Assembly (NCBI RefSeq): GCF_001601575.1
Contig: NZ_LOHZ01000023.1
Coordinates: 147,360-171,359 of the forward strand
Length of the DNA: 24,000 nt
Reading direction: 5' to 3'
DNA from: Thermovenabulum gondwanense
GTDB taxonomy: Bacteria > Bacillota > Thermosediminibacteria > Thermosediminibacterales > Thermosediminibacteraceae
Shown here: positions 1 through 8,332 of the stretch, one piece after another
How positions within the stretch are numbered: position 1 is the stretch's first letter
How the letters are laid out: every line of letters begins with the position of its first letter
Notes under the pieces: generated by a model
Told to the model about the DNA's origin: nothing
What the model saw: only the letters and a program-made list of their open reading frames with translations
Database searches by the model: none
Program-made: the position numbers and the translations under genes

Positions 1-228
1 AGGCTTTTTGCAGTTTAAAGTTCGTCTTTTTGCCTTTCCCTTCCCACCGAAGGACCGGCATCTACCCAGAGGCAGGTCTCCTGGCTCACGGGTCATCCTC
101 CTCCACCCTTCCCGGTTTCCCAGTGGGACTGGATTCGTCTCCGTATACAGTAGCGGGGGCTGCAGCGGATTTTCACCGCTTTCCCTTTTAAGCTCAAAGC
201 ACCCCTGAGTTCACCGTATTCAGTTTGA
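1..228 (-). promoter_or_regulatory. Cobalamin (B12) riboswitch aptamer; regulated gene lies off-window to the left
   Basis: The reverse complement reads ...AAAAGGGAAAGCGGTGAAAATCCGCTGCAGCCCCCGCTACTGTA...CCACTGGGAAACCGGGAAGG...AGCCAGGAGACCTGCC. The B12 box is the reverse complement of 71-86. It is a close paralogue of the element at 5155-5385. The listed ORF 8..208(+) lies inside it and is spurious. Confidence 0.85.
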
Positions 229-243
229 ATTTACTTTATTTTT

Positions 244-271
244 ATTATAATACAAATCATTAATTTTTCAA
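244..271 (-). promoter_or_regulatory. Putative sigma-A promoter driving the riboswitch at 1-228
   Basis: Minus sense: TTGAAA (271-266), a 16-nt spacer, then TATAAT (249-244), about 20 nt upstream of the aptamer start. Confidence 0.4.
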
Positions 272-293
272 TAGCGAATGTAATAGAAAAACC

Positions 294-1652
294 TTAAATT
301 TTCAAGAATATCCCGGCAATTTTAAAATAAGAAATAAGCGCCATGGCATCTACAATTGTAGTAATCAGGGGACTTGCCATTATTGCAGGATCGATTTTAA
401 CCATTTTAGCAAGAAGTGGGAGCAGTCCGCCTACCACTTTTGCCAGTACAACCACGACAATCAAAGTAGTACTTACCACAAAAGCTATTGCATAATTTAC
501 TTTTTCGATAGCGATTAGCCTTAAAAAATTTAAACCTGCAAGAGATATACCCACAATAATACTTACGACAAGTTCCTTCCACATAACTTTTAAAGCATCT
601 CGTGATTTTATTTCGCCCAGAGCCAGACCTCTAATAACCATTGTGGATGATTGAGAGCCAGCATTCCCTCCGGTATCCATAAGCATTGGAATAAATGCGG
701 CAAGTATTACCATAGTTTGCAAAAGTTCTTCATACCGTTGTATAATACGCCCGGTAAAGGTAGCAGAAACCATAAGAGCAAACAACCATAGTAATCGATT
801 TTTGGCCATGGTAAAAGGGCTCTGATTAAAATAAGATTCCTCGCTTGGTCTTATTCCTCCCATCCTCTGAATATCTTCTGTATTTTCTTGTTCTAAAACA
901 TCCACAACGTCATCAATTGTGATTATCCCCACCAGTCGGTTTTCCCGATCCACTACAGGCATGCTCAATAAGTCGTATTTCTTAAAAAGTGAAGCCACGT
1001 ATTCCCGATCATCATCCGTTTTAACCGCAATTATATGTTTGTCCATAAGATCATCTATTTTTTGGTTCGGTTCAGCTACTACAAGGTCTTTTAAAGAGAC
1101 AGTTCCTAAAAGGTGCCTTTGATTATCTATAACGTAGCATGTATAAATGGTCTCTTTCTTTGGTGCCGTATAGCGTATATGAGAAAGGGCTTCTTCCACC
1201 GTCATATCGGCTTTTAAATCTACGAATTCAATCGTCATAATACTTCCAGCTGAATGCTCTGGATACTGCAGAAACTGATTAATCAACCTCCGTTCGCTTT
1301 CCGGTGTTCCCTTAAGTATTTTCTTAACCACATTAGCCGGCATTTCTTCCAAAAAATCTATTTTATCATCAAAAAATAAATCTTCAATGAGGCTTTTTAA
1401 TTCATCTTCTTCAATCATTTTGGAAAAAGCGGCTCTTATTTTGTCAGATAAATACGAAAATACATCCGCTGCTTTATCCTTTGGTAGTAGTCTAAAAGCT
1501 ATTAAACTTTCTTTTGCTTCCATTTGGTTTAATATTTCAGCCACATCCTGGCTGGGTAGCACGGACATTTCTTCTTTTAATGCCATAAAGTCCTTTTTTC
1601 TAAACATCTCCCTAAAATTATCCTTGTTTCTTTCGATGTCCAAAAATAACAC
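294..1652 (-). CDS. mgtE: Magnesium transporter MgtE (N-domain, tandem CBS, C-terminal TM domain)
   Basis: A 452-aa ORF with MgtE architecture: an N-terminal helical domain, a CBS pair (...VIDNQRHLLGTVSLKDL...VVDRENRLVGIITIDDV) and a C-terminal membrane domain with the GGNAGSQS motif. The start is ambiguous. The GTG at 1652 abuts the SD AGGGGG (1657-1652), so the TTG at 1643, 8 nt after the SD, is more plausible. Confidence 0.9.
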   Translation of the reverse strand: MLFLDIERNKDNFREMFRKKDFMALKEEMSVLPSQDVAEILNQMEAKESLIAFRLLPKDKAADVFSYLSDKIRAAFSKMIEEDELKSLIEDLFFDDKIDFLEEMPANVVKKILKGTPESERRLINQFLQYPEHSAGSIMTIEFVDLKADMTVEEALSHIRYTAPKKETIYTCYVIDNQRHLLGTVSLKDLVVAEPNQKIDDLMDKHIIAVKTDDDREYVASLFKKYDLLSMPVVDRENRLVGIITIDDVVDVLEQENTEDIQRMGGIRPSEESYFNQSPFTMAKNRLLWLFALMVSATFTGRIIQRYEELLQTMVILAAFIPMLMDTGGNAGSQSSTMVIRGLALGEIKSRDALKVMWKELVVSIIVGISLAGLNFLRLIAIEKVNYAIAFVVSTTLIVVVVLAKVVGGLLPLLAKMVKIDPAIMASPLITTIVDAMALISYFKIAGIFLKI

Positions 1653-1800
1653 CCCCTAAAATTTAGGGGGGACAACATCGGCAGGGAGTGGTTCCGGCGA
1701 GTTTCCCCCCTTTTTATTTTGTGTATTTACTAAGAAAACAAAACAATACGATTGAGGTAAGGGATCCACCAGACCACCCCCTTTTTGACTATACATTCTA
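1653..1800 (-). promoter_or_regulatory. Structured mgtE 5' leader with alternating G-run and C-run elements (SD-sequestering hairpin); not a recognisable M-box
   Basis: The minus-sense RNA carries GGGGG (1781-1777), GGGGGG (1710-1705), CCCCCC (1671-1666) and the SD GGGGG (1656-1652). CCCCCC-UAAAUUUUA-GGGGG forms a hairpin over the SD. The upstream GGGGGG can pair with the same C-run instead. A possible -10 TATAAT lies at 1812-1807. Confidence 0.35.
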
Positions 1801-1935
1801 ATTTTAATTATATCTTTTCCGTAAAAAATTTTAAACTTCTTAAAGTCAAAAAATCCATATTTTTAAAACCTGCCCAGCAGACAATAAAAAATTTCATAAA
1901 CTTGATAAATACCTTATAACACATAAAACCCTAAA

Positions 1936-1944
1936 TGGTATAAT
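1936..1944 (+). promoter_or_regulatory. Extended -10 promoter element (TGGTATAAT) for the GGDEF gene
   Basis: TGgTATAAT sits 47 nt upstream of the ATG at 1991. I found no good -35 at canonical spacing. Confidence 0.35.
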
Positions 1945-1990
1945 ACTGATAAAAAGCCAAATTTTTATCATTTTTTGAGGGGGCACACAA

Positions 1991-4075
1991 ATGGGAATAT
2001 CTGAGAATAGAACTTTAGATTCTGAAAGGATAAAAATACTTGTCGTGGATGACAGCCGTCTTTTAAGGGTAATGATGTCGGATCTTCTTACAGCAAATGG
2101 GTATGAGGTCCGGACCGCGTCCAATTCTTTTGAAGCCATCGATATGGCTTTTTATACCTTTTCACCCGACCTGATTTTGATGGATATAGAACTTGGAGAC
2201 GAAATGGACGGAATTGAAGTAGCAAAAAAGATCCTTCAAAAAAAGGATATTCCCATAATATTTTTGACCGCCAAAACTTCCCCGGAAGTAATAAATAGAA
2301 TAAAGGAAACAACGGCATATGGTTACTTAGAAAAAAAGGTAAGCAATGAGGCAATTATTTCCGCTATTGAAATGGCATTGAAGCTATACAGTGTCAATAA
2401 CCTTGCCAGTATGTTTAAACATATTTTTGAAAATTCTCCCAATGAGCTTTTAATCACGGATTTACAGAACAATAAATTTATAACCGCAAATAAAAATGCC
2501 CGGGAAAACTTAGGGTATTCCGAAGAAGAAATAAAAAATCTTTCTCCTCGCGATATAGCGCCGGAAATCCTTGAAAGTCCTATCAGAGAATTAATCCAGA
2601 AATTATGCGATAAAAAGGAAACCTCGGTAGCTTTTAAAACCTATCATCTTCGAAAGGATAAAACTACTTATCCTGTGCAGGTAGAACTGAACGTGCTGGA
2701 TTACCTCGGAAAGAAATTATGCGTTGCTAATGTACAAGATCTTACCTATCAAAAAGTCTTCGAAAAAAAGCTTGCGGAAAAGGACTACATAATAAAATTG
2801 CTGACCGATTCCGCCTTTGATGCTATTACAGTAATAAACGATGAGGGAAAAGTCGTTTTCTGGAATCCTGCAGCAGAAAGAATCTTTGGGTATTCGGAAA
2901 AAGAAATTATAAATGAAGATGTTCATAAATTAATTGTTCCTTGCTACGAAAAAATAGAGAACTCATTCGTTGACTATATGAATTATTTCAGGCAAAAAGG
3001 AGACCTAAGCTTTTTGAGAAATCCACTGGAACTAATGGCAAAAAACAAATATGGCGAGACAATATATATAGAACTTACCCTTTCACCTATAAAATTAAAT
3101 GAAAAATGGCATGCGGTTGGCATTGTTAGAGATATTACCGAAAAGAAAAAATCTCAGATTGAAATCGAGAACATGTGGAGGATGTATTTTGAATTGGCTG
3201 AACATGCCCCCGTAGGTATTTTAAGATGCGACAAAGACGGGAATATAATTTACGTCAATAAAAAAGTATTGGAAATTTTGGGGTCACCTTCAGAAGAGGA
3301 AACCAGAAAAATAAATTTGCTTACTTTCCCCCACCTTGTGGGATACGGATTCTCGACAAAACTAAAAGAATGCTTAGAAAATAATAAAACTATAATTTTT
3401 GAAGTATTTTATAAATCCATATGGGGGAAGGATTTCTGGGCAAGGGTTCATATAAAACCCCATATTGAGAGCAATAAAGTTACAGGGGCCCTGATTATTC
3501 TTGATGATATAACCGATAGAAAAATTCTTGAGGAAAAAATTAGAAGACAGGCAATTAGACTTCGCAGATTATCCTATACGGATGATTTGACAGGAGCTTT
3601 TAACCGGAGATTTCTTTTAAAGAAACTGGAAGAAGAGATTGAAAGGGTTAAACGTTATGGGGGAAATTTTTCTATTATTTTGCTCGATATTGATAATTTT
3701 AAAAAGATCAATGACCGTTGCGGCCACAATACGGGTGACTTAGCCTTAAAATATGTAGTAAAAACTATAAAAGAAAGAATCAGGAAGGCTGATACTTTAG
3801 CGCGCTGGGGTGGTGAGGAATTTATCATCTTTCTCCCCAGCACGCCGGTAGAAAAAGCCACTATTTTAGCAGAAACATTGAGGGAGAATATATCCAGAAT
3901 CACTCTCCCCTGCCCCGAAAAAGTCACCGCAAGCTTTGGGGTTGCAGGTTTTTTGGAGGGCGATACAATCGATAGTTTGATAAAAAGAGCGGATGACCTG
4001 ATGTACAGGGCAAAAGAAAAAGGGAAAAATTGCGTTGCATGTCAAAAGGATGTGGATCACATAAACAATATGTAA
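1991..4075 (+). CDS. Response-regulator receiver - 3x PAS - GGDEF diguanylate cyclase
   Basis: N-terminal REC domain (ILVVDDS...LILMDIELGD...FLTAK). Three PAS-like repeats (NSPNELLITD..., AFDAITVINDEGKVVFWNPAAERIFGYS..., APVGILRCDKDGNIIYVNKK...). C-terminal GGDEF domain with an intact GGEEF motif and an RxxD I-site (RKAD) five residues upstream. SD GAGGGGG lies before the ATG. Confidence 0.9.
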   Translation: MGISENRTLDSERIKILVVDDSRLLRVMMSDLLTANGYEVRTASNSFEAIDMAFYTFSPDLILMDIELGDEMDGIEVAKKILQKKDIPIIFLTAKTSPEVINRIKETTAYGYLEKKVSNEAIISAIEMALKLYSVNNLASMFKHIFENSPNELLITDLQNNKFITANKNARENLGYSEEEIKNLSPRDIAPEILESPIRELIQKLCDKKETSVAFKTYHLRKDKTTYPVQVELNVLDYLGKKLCVANVQDLTYQKVFEKKLAEKDYIIKLLTDSAFDAITVINDEGKVVFWNPAAERIFGYSEKEIINEDVHKLIVPCYEKIENSFVDYMNYFRQKGDLSFLRNPLELMAKNKYGETIYIELTLSPIKLNEKWHAVGIVRDITEKKKSQIEIENMWRMYFELAEHAPVGILRCDKDGNIIYVNKKVLEILGSPSEEETRKINLLTFPHLVGYGFSTKLKECLENNKTIIFEVFYKSIWGKDFWARVHIKPHIESNKVTGALIILDDITDRKILEEKIRRQAIRLRRLSYTDDLTGAFNRRFLLKKLEEEIERVKRYGGNFSIILLDIDNFKKINDRCGHNTGDLALKYVVKTIKERIRKADTLARWGGEEFIIFLPSTPVEKATILAETLRENISRITLPCPEKVTASFGVAGFLEGDTIDSLIKRADDLMYRAKEKGKNCVACQKDVDHINNM

Positions 4076-4076
4076 A

Positions 4077-5129
4077 TTATAACTCTTTTGATACTCCCGC
4101 TTCCTCAAAGGTTGCCATTTCTTTAATTATTTTTAAAGCGGCATCTACCAGGTTCATTGCCAGTACGGCCCCGGTGCCTTCTCCGAGGCGCATATTCATA
4201 TGGAGCATGGGTTCAAGCCCTAAAAGTTTCAGCATAACTTTATGCCCGGGTTCCTGCGAAACGTGAGATGGGATCATAAAGTATACCGTTTTAGGCTCGA
4301 TTTTTGATGCTATCAACGCCCCTGCGGTAGAAATAAACCCATCTATAATAACAGGAACCCTTCTGGAAGCCGCCCCAATAATACAACCCGCAATAGCGCC
4401 AATCTCTAAACCGCCCACCTTTGACAATACGTCAACCGGATCACCGGGGTCGGGCTTGTTTACTTTTATAGCTTTTTTCACCGCATTTATTTTCTTTAAT
4501 AACCTTTCATCATCTACTCCGGTTCCCCTTCCCACCAAATTTTCGATCGGTTCATCGGCATATACCGCCAAAATAGCACTGCTCGGCGTTGTATTTCCTA
4601 TTCCCATATCGCCCGTTGCAATAAGCTCGGCTCCCTTATCTATCACTTCCCAGGCGGTTTCAATACCCACCTCAATTGCCTTTATGGCTTCTTCCCTGCT
4701 CATGGCCGGCCCTTTTGTCATATTGTCGGTGCCCTTTTTTACTTTTTTTACTAATAAAGCAGGATGGTTAATATCCGCAGCTGTCCCTACATCCACGCAT
4801 ACTATTTTCGCCCCTTCGTGACGGGAAAGCACATTTATTGCCGCACCACCGGAGAGGAAATTTAAAATCATCTGCGGTGTTACTTCCTGGGGAAAAGCGC
4901 TTACTCCTTCTTCCACTACACCATGATCCCCGGCCATTACTACCACAACCTTGTTATTTATCCGGGGAAATACATCTTTTTTTATACCCGCCACCTTTAC
5001 CGCCAGTTCTTCCAAGACTCCCAGACTGCCCCTGGGTTTTGTCAGGCTGTCAAGCCTTTCCTGAGCCCTTTTCATTGACACCTCATCCAGCACGCCAATA
5101 CCTTCCATGGCTTTTTTTAAAATCTCCAT
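4077..5129 (-). CDS. cobT: Nicotinate-nucleotide--dimethylbenzimidazole phosphoribosyltransferase CobT
   Basis: CobT hallmarks: GDMGIGNTT, RLGEGTGA, MAGDHGV. I place the start at the ATG at 5129 (MEILKK...), preceded by SD AAAGGAGGG (about 5147-5136). The track ORF start at 5258 runs into the riboswitch terminator. Confidence 0.9.
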   Translation of the reverse strand: MEILKKAMEGIGVLDEVSMKRAQERLDSLTKPRGSLGVLEELAVKVAGIKKDVFPRINNKVVVVMAGDHGVVEEGVSAFPQEVTPQMILNFLSGGAAINVLSRHEGAKIVCVDVGTAADINHPALLVKKVKKGTDNMTKGPAMSREEAIKAIEVGIETAWEVIDKGAELIATGDMGIGNTTPSSAILAVYADEPIENLVGRGTGVDDERLLKKINAVKKAIKVNKPDPGDPVDVLSKVGGLEIGAIAGCIIGAASRRVPVIIDGFISTAGALIASKIEPKTVYFMIPSHVSQEPGHKVMLKLLGLEPMLHMNMRLGEGTGAVLAMNLVDAALKIIKEMATFEEAGVSKEL

Positions 5130-5154
5130 AAAAAGTCCCTCCTTTAAATTTTTA

Positions 5155-5385
5155 TAAAATAAAAAGTCCCCAAGCTGCGTGTAAATACACAACTCAGGGA
5201 CTTTACCATCATCCCGAGGATTCAAGCTCTTCAGGCAGGTCTCCTGGCTTCGGTTCACCTTCCCTTACGCCTTCCCGGTTTCCCAGTGGCAAATTTGTAA
5301 AGGAAATCCCCGTTACAGTGGCGGGACCGCCCGGGATTTTCACCCGATTCCCTATTCTCCCCTTTTTTGGGGCACCTGAAAGCTA
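5155..5385 (-). promoter_or_regulatory. Cobalamin riboswitch with intrinsic-terminator expression platform controlling cobT
   Basis: The reverse complement reads GGTGCCCC...GGGAATCGGGTGAAAATCCCGGGCGGTCCCGCCACTGTAA...GCCACTGGGAAACCGGGAAGG...AGCCAGGAGACCTGCC. The B12 box is the reverse complement of 5234-5249. It is followed by the hairpin AGTCCCTGAG...CTTGGGGACT plus TTTTTATTTT (5204-5155). Confidence 0.9.
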
Positions 5386-5565
5386 AAAATATTCACTTAA
5401 TTATATTATAAAATACTTTACAAAATAATCAATTTCTTATTTATCATAATAATAAAGAATACCTGATTATATCTTACATAAAAATGATTATATATCTCAA
5501 CTCTTTTTGCATGATATTGTAAATTAAGAAATAATTTTTTTCTTTTCCATTATACAACCCCTGTG

Positions 5566-5598
5566 TAAAAAAATAAACTTCCCCCTTTGGAGAAGTTT
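5566..5598 (-). terminator. Rho-independent terminator downstream of tRNA-Leu
   Basis: Minus sense: AAACTTCTCC-AAAG-GGGGAAGTTT followed by ATTTTTTT. Confidence 0.6.
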
Positions 5599-5612
5599 AT
5601 ATCTAAATAAAA

Positions 5613-5700
5613 TGGTGCCGAAGGCGGGAGTCGAACCCGCACGGGTTTTGGGCCCACTGGATTTTGAGTCCAGCGCGTCTGCCAATTCCACCACTTCGGC
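5613..5700 (-). tRNA. tRNA-Leu (anticodon CAA), class II with long variable arm, CCA encoded
   Basis: Reverse complement: GCCGAAGTGGTGGAATTGGCAGACGCGCTGGACTCAAAATCCAGTGGGCCCAAAACCCGTGCGGGTTCGACTCCCGCCTTCGGCACCA. The acceptor stem GCCGAAG/CTTCGGC pairs. The anticodon loop is CUCAAAA. The T-arm is GCGGG-TTCGACT-CCCGC. Confidence 0.9.
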
Positions 5701-5719
5701 ACATCCTGATGCAATAAAT

Positions 5720-5748
5720 ATAATACCACAAGATTTTTTATTATTCAA
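5720..5748 (-). promoter_or_regulatory. Sigma-A promoter for tRNA-Leu
   Basis: Minus sense: TTGAAT (5748-5743), a 17-nt spacer, then TGgTATTAT (extended -10, 5725-5720), about 20 nt upstream of the tRNA 5' end. Confidence 0.5.
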
Positions 5749-5982
5749 TAGTAAATTATGCAGAGCTTTTTGCTTTGTAGCATTTTTTTAATTTTTATCA
5801 CTTATTTATTGCAATATTTTCCCTCTATTGAAATAACAAAAAGAATTTTTTGAAGCCAAAATGCAACCTGTTTTTTATTTCCATATTTTTCTAACCAAAA
5901 AAAGACAATACTAAACTAAACCACTTTTTTGTGGCTTCTTTGATATTCTTTTTATTGCTTTTTATAGTCATAATTGCTTATT

Positions 5983-6273
5983 TTATGCGGCATCCGGCTC
6001 CTTTTTTCTTTGAACCGGCTTTATCAGGCTACGCATTTCTTCTGCTTGTTTTTCTTTTATCCTTCCTAAGGCCATCGCAAGCATTATACATAGGGCTATA
6101 CCGCATTTTATTTCCATTTTCTTTTTCCCTCTGATGTAGTGTTTCTCAAATCCAAAAGATTCATCTAATCTGCTGTTTACTCTTTCCACCGCTGTCCTTT
6201 TTTTGTAATACCTTCCCCATTTGTAGCTTGAACGGTCTTGCTGGCCCCTTAAGAGAATTGGACTAAAACGCAC
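5983..6273 (-). pseudogene. C-terminal relic of a DDE transposase (IS4/IS5/IS1182-like superfamily)
   Basis: The ORF contains ...YKKRTAVERVNSRLDESFGFEKHYIRGKKKM..., the typical Y-x2-R-x3-E C-terminal block of DDE_Tnp_1-type transposases. No N-terminal or catalytic part is present. Confidence 0.55.
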
Positions 6274-6443
6274 AAAATGATAAAATTTCTCTAGGTGCTT
6301 GCAAAACTATGCTCACAGTAAAAAAATAAAAAAGTCCTTATACCTGGCTGGACTCAAATTTAACAAATTATGGAATATATTTTGTTCTAGTTTAAAAGCT
6401 CGATTGAAAAGGCAAAAAACACCCCCTAAGCTTGATTGCAACT

Positions 6444-6958
6444 TTAAGCAACAAGCCACCGAAGTGACCTTACCTTGTCATGTTTTTTCGCTCTTAATGC
6501 GACTAAAGTCACCACATTCTGAGCAATTGCAGCTAAAACAAGCTCACAATAAGCACTTCGAAAATCAATCACAGTAAGACGACCGAGCATTAATGGAAGT
6601 TTTAATCTAGAAATTGACTGTTCCACAGCAATACGTTGCGAATAAATTTTTTCCCACAACTTTGAATTTCTCGGAATAGGGGTATTTCTACGGTAGTTGT
6701 CCTCGGAATAAGTGTATACCATTCGGCACTTTTGGAATTAGTGCAGGGATCGGGGCAAGTGCAGATGTAACCTCTTTTTCCTCGTTTAGTCAAAGGACAT
6801 ACCCATTTAATCCGATTTCTGGACTTACAAAATCCATCGTATTTGAACTTTAAACCGGGATTTTTAGGACACAAAGGGACACCTTCTGAATCTGAATCAG
6901 GTTTGAGTGCTATCGAAGCCAGCATCGGCGGTGAAATATTCATAACGAGAAATATCAT
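6444..6958 (-). pseudogene. Frameshifted, N-terminally truncated DDE transposase (Cys-rich zinc-ribbon region plus Y-R-E C-terminal block)
   Basis: Two overlapping ORFs in different frames. 6602-6958 carries the Cys-rich segment CPKNPGLKFKY...CPLTKRGKRGYICTCPDPC. 6444-6722 carries ...YSQRIAVEQSISRLK.... The upstream part is cut off by the IS3 end at about 6967. Confidence 0.55.
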
Positions 6959-7045
6959 GATGAAGGTGGAAACGGCTTAACCCCTTAATTTTGGACAATT
7001 TGACTTTAAAAAGTTCATTTTTTATATAAAATCTTTAAATTTGTA

Positions 7046-7972
7046 TTAAACTCTTACTTCTACAGGATCTATCAAATTCAATAGAGTCTTTAGATAAAAT
7101 TCATTTGGGCTAAGATAATTTATACCGGAATGTATTCTGACTTCATTATAAAATTTAATAAATTCCGACACGGCCTTATAGCCTTCTACGTATGTTTCAA
7201 ATTCATTACATGCTAAGCATTCATGCTCAAGAATATTATTAAAAGATTCTATATGAGCATTTTTATTGGGTGTTTTGAAAGGTATTCTTTCATGTTCTAT
7301 TTTCAAGTTGTTGCAGGTTTCTTCAAATAGGCTGCTAATAAACTGAGGTCCATTATCAGAACGTAAAATGAGTGTTTTTTCTTCATTATCGTATATTGCC
7401 CTTTTAAATAATGCACTTTTTAATGTAATAGCAATATCTAAAGCACTGCAGGAAAGGCCAATATGGCAATCAACTATAGAACTGTCATATACATCTATTA
7501 TCGGTGCAATAAAAAAGAATCTATCTTCACCGGCAATATAACCATATTTAACATCTATCTCCCATAATTGGTTGGGAGCAGTAATTACACGATTTCGCGC
7601 TATTTTCCTTGGATGTTTTATTTTCTTTTGCCTTTGAGGACGTAATATATCTAATTCTTTACAAAGACGGTATACTTTCTTCTTGTTTATATAAAGGTTG
7701 TATTTTTTCCTCAGACAAACTGTTAGTTTTATATAACCGTAAAATTCTCCTTCACTTTCAATTAATTCACATAGCCATTCTTTTATTTGTTCATCGCATA
7801 TACGTTTTCCTTCTTTATTAAAAGAGTAACCGGGGTAAGGTCTACCACCTTTATTGTTTTTGATTTCTTTTTTATAGGATTTATTGTAGTAATATGTTGA
7901 ACGGCTAATCCTTAATATTTTTAAAACTAAATTTGCTTTATATCCGGCATTTATCCATGTGGGCGGGTTTTT
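7046..7972 (-). CDS. IS3-family transposase OrfB (rve/DDE integrase core), no own start codon
   Basis: By manual translation the frame is open from 7972 to 7046: KNPPTWINAGYKANLVLKILRISRSTYYYN...LWEIDVKYGYI...LILRSDNGPQF...AHIESFNNILEHE...YNEVRIHSGINYLSPNEF. The DDE triad context is intact. This frame is +1, not -1, relative to OrfA (see findings). Confidence 0.75.
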   Translation of the reverse strand, partial: KNPPTWINAGYKANLVLKILRISRSTYYYNKSYKKEIKNNKGGRPYPGYSFNKEGKRICDEQIKEWLCELIESEGEFYGYIKLTVCLRKKYNLYINKKKVYRLCKELDILRPQRQKKIKHPRKIARNRVITAPNQLWEIDVKYGYIAGEDRFFFIAPIIDVYDSSIVDCHIGLSCSALDIAITLKSALFKRAIYDNEEKTLILRSDNGPQFISSLFEETCNNLKIEHERIPFKTPNKNAHIESFNNILEHECLACNEFETYVEGYKAVSEFIKFYNEVRIHSGINYLSPNEFYLKTLLNLIDPVEVRV

Positions 7973-8258
7973 TTAAAAGATCACGTAGAATAGCTATTTC
8001 TAAATCTTTTTCTCCTAATAATTTTTTAAGGCTTTCATTTTCTTTTTCGAGGTTTTTAATATTTGTAGGCTCGTAATTTATTAATTGGTTTTTATTTATC
8101 CCAGCAGGCTCATTATTTCGTTTATATTCTCTGACCCATCTTGCAACTATACTGGAAGAAATATTATGCTTTCTTCCAACGATAGAGCAATTACCGGTTT
8201 CTAAAGCTTCTTTAATAATTTTTTGTTTAAATTCTGGTTCATATTTTTTACCTGGCAT
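7938..8258 (-). CDS. IS3-family transposase OrfA (HTH plus leucine-zipper region)
   Basis: MPGKKYEPEFKQKIIKEALETGNCSIVGRKHNISSSIVARWVREYK...LEKENESLKKLLGEKDLEIAILRDLLKK ends just after the A7 run. Confidence 0.85.
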   Translation of the reverse strand: MPGKKYEPEFKQKIIKEALETGNCSIVGRKHNISSSIVARWVREYKRNNEPAGINKNQLINYEPTNIKNLEKENESLKKLLGEKDLEIAILRDLLKKPAHMDKCRI

Positions 8259-8332
8259 CTATTTAACCCCCTTGAATTTTAGTTTATCATATTTGGTCTA
8301 ATTGTCCAAAGTTATTAGGGGGCTAAATAGCA

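Larger units (their letters stand above)
6967..8332 (-). mobile_element. IS3-family insertion sequence (IS150-like subgroup), structurally complete copy about 1.37 kb
   Basis: Imperfect terminal inverted repeats: TGGAAACGGCTTAACCCCTTAATTTTGGACAATTTGAC (from 6967) against the reverse complement of ...GTCTAATTGTCCAAAGTTATTAGGGGGCTAAATAGCA (ending at 8332). OrfA and OrfB lie in between. Exact ends are approximate and no target duplication could be confirmed. Confidence 0.7.

Noticed and set aside
8-208. 66-aa plus-strand ORF at the window start
   Set aside because: It lies entirely inside the minus-strand cobalamin riboswitch. It has a Pro/Ser/Gly-rich low-complexity translation and no SD.
1666-1720. 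Plus-strand terminator look-alike GGGGGGA...TTTCCCCCC followed by TTTTTATTTT
   Set aside because: No plus-strand gene lies upstream, because mgtE is on the minus strand. The same G and C runs are better explained as part of the minus-strand mgtE leader.
1740-1770. ACGATTGAGGTAAGG on the plus strand, reminiscent of the 3' part of an M-box
   Set aside because: It is on the wrong strand for mgtE, and none of the other conserved M-box blocks is present on either strand.
4030-5131. Plus-strand ORFs 4030-4266, 4456-4821 and 4838-5131
   Set aside because: They are antisense shadows of cobT with low-complexity translations. The cobT frame has unmistakable family motifs.
5524-5748. 74-aa minus-strand ORF
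   Set aside because: It overlaps tRNA-Leu and its terminator and promoter. It is an artefact of the tRNA sequence.
5931-6577. Plus-strand ORFs 5931-6134 and 6299-6577
   Set aside because: They are antisense to, or lie between, transposase relics. They have no SD and no recognisable motifs.
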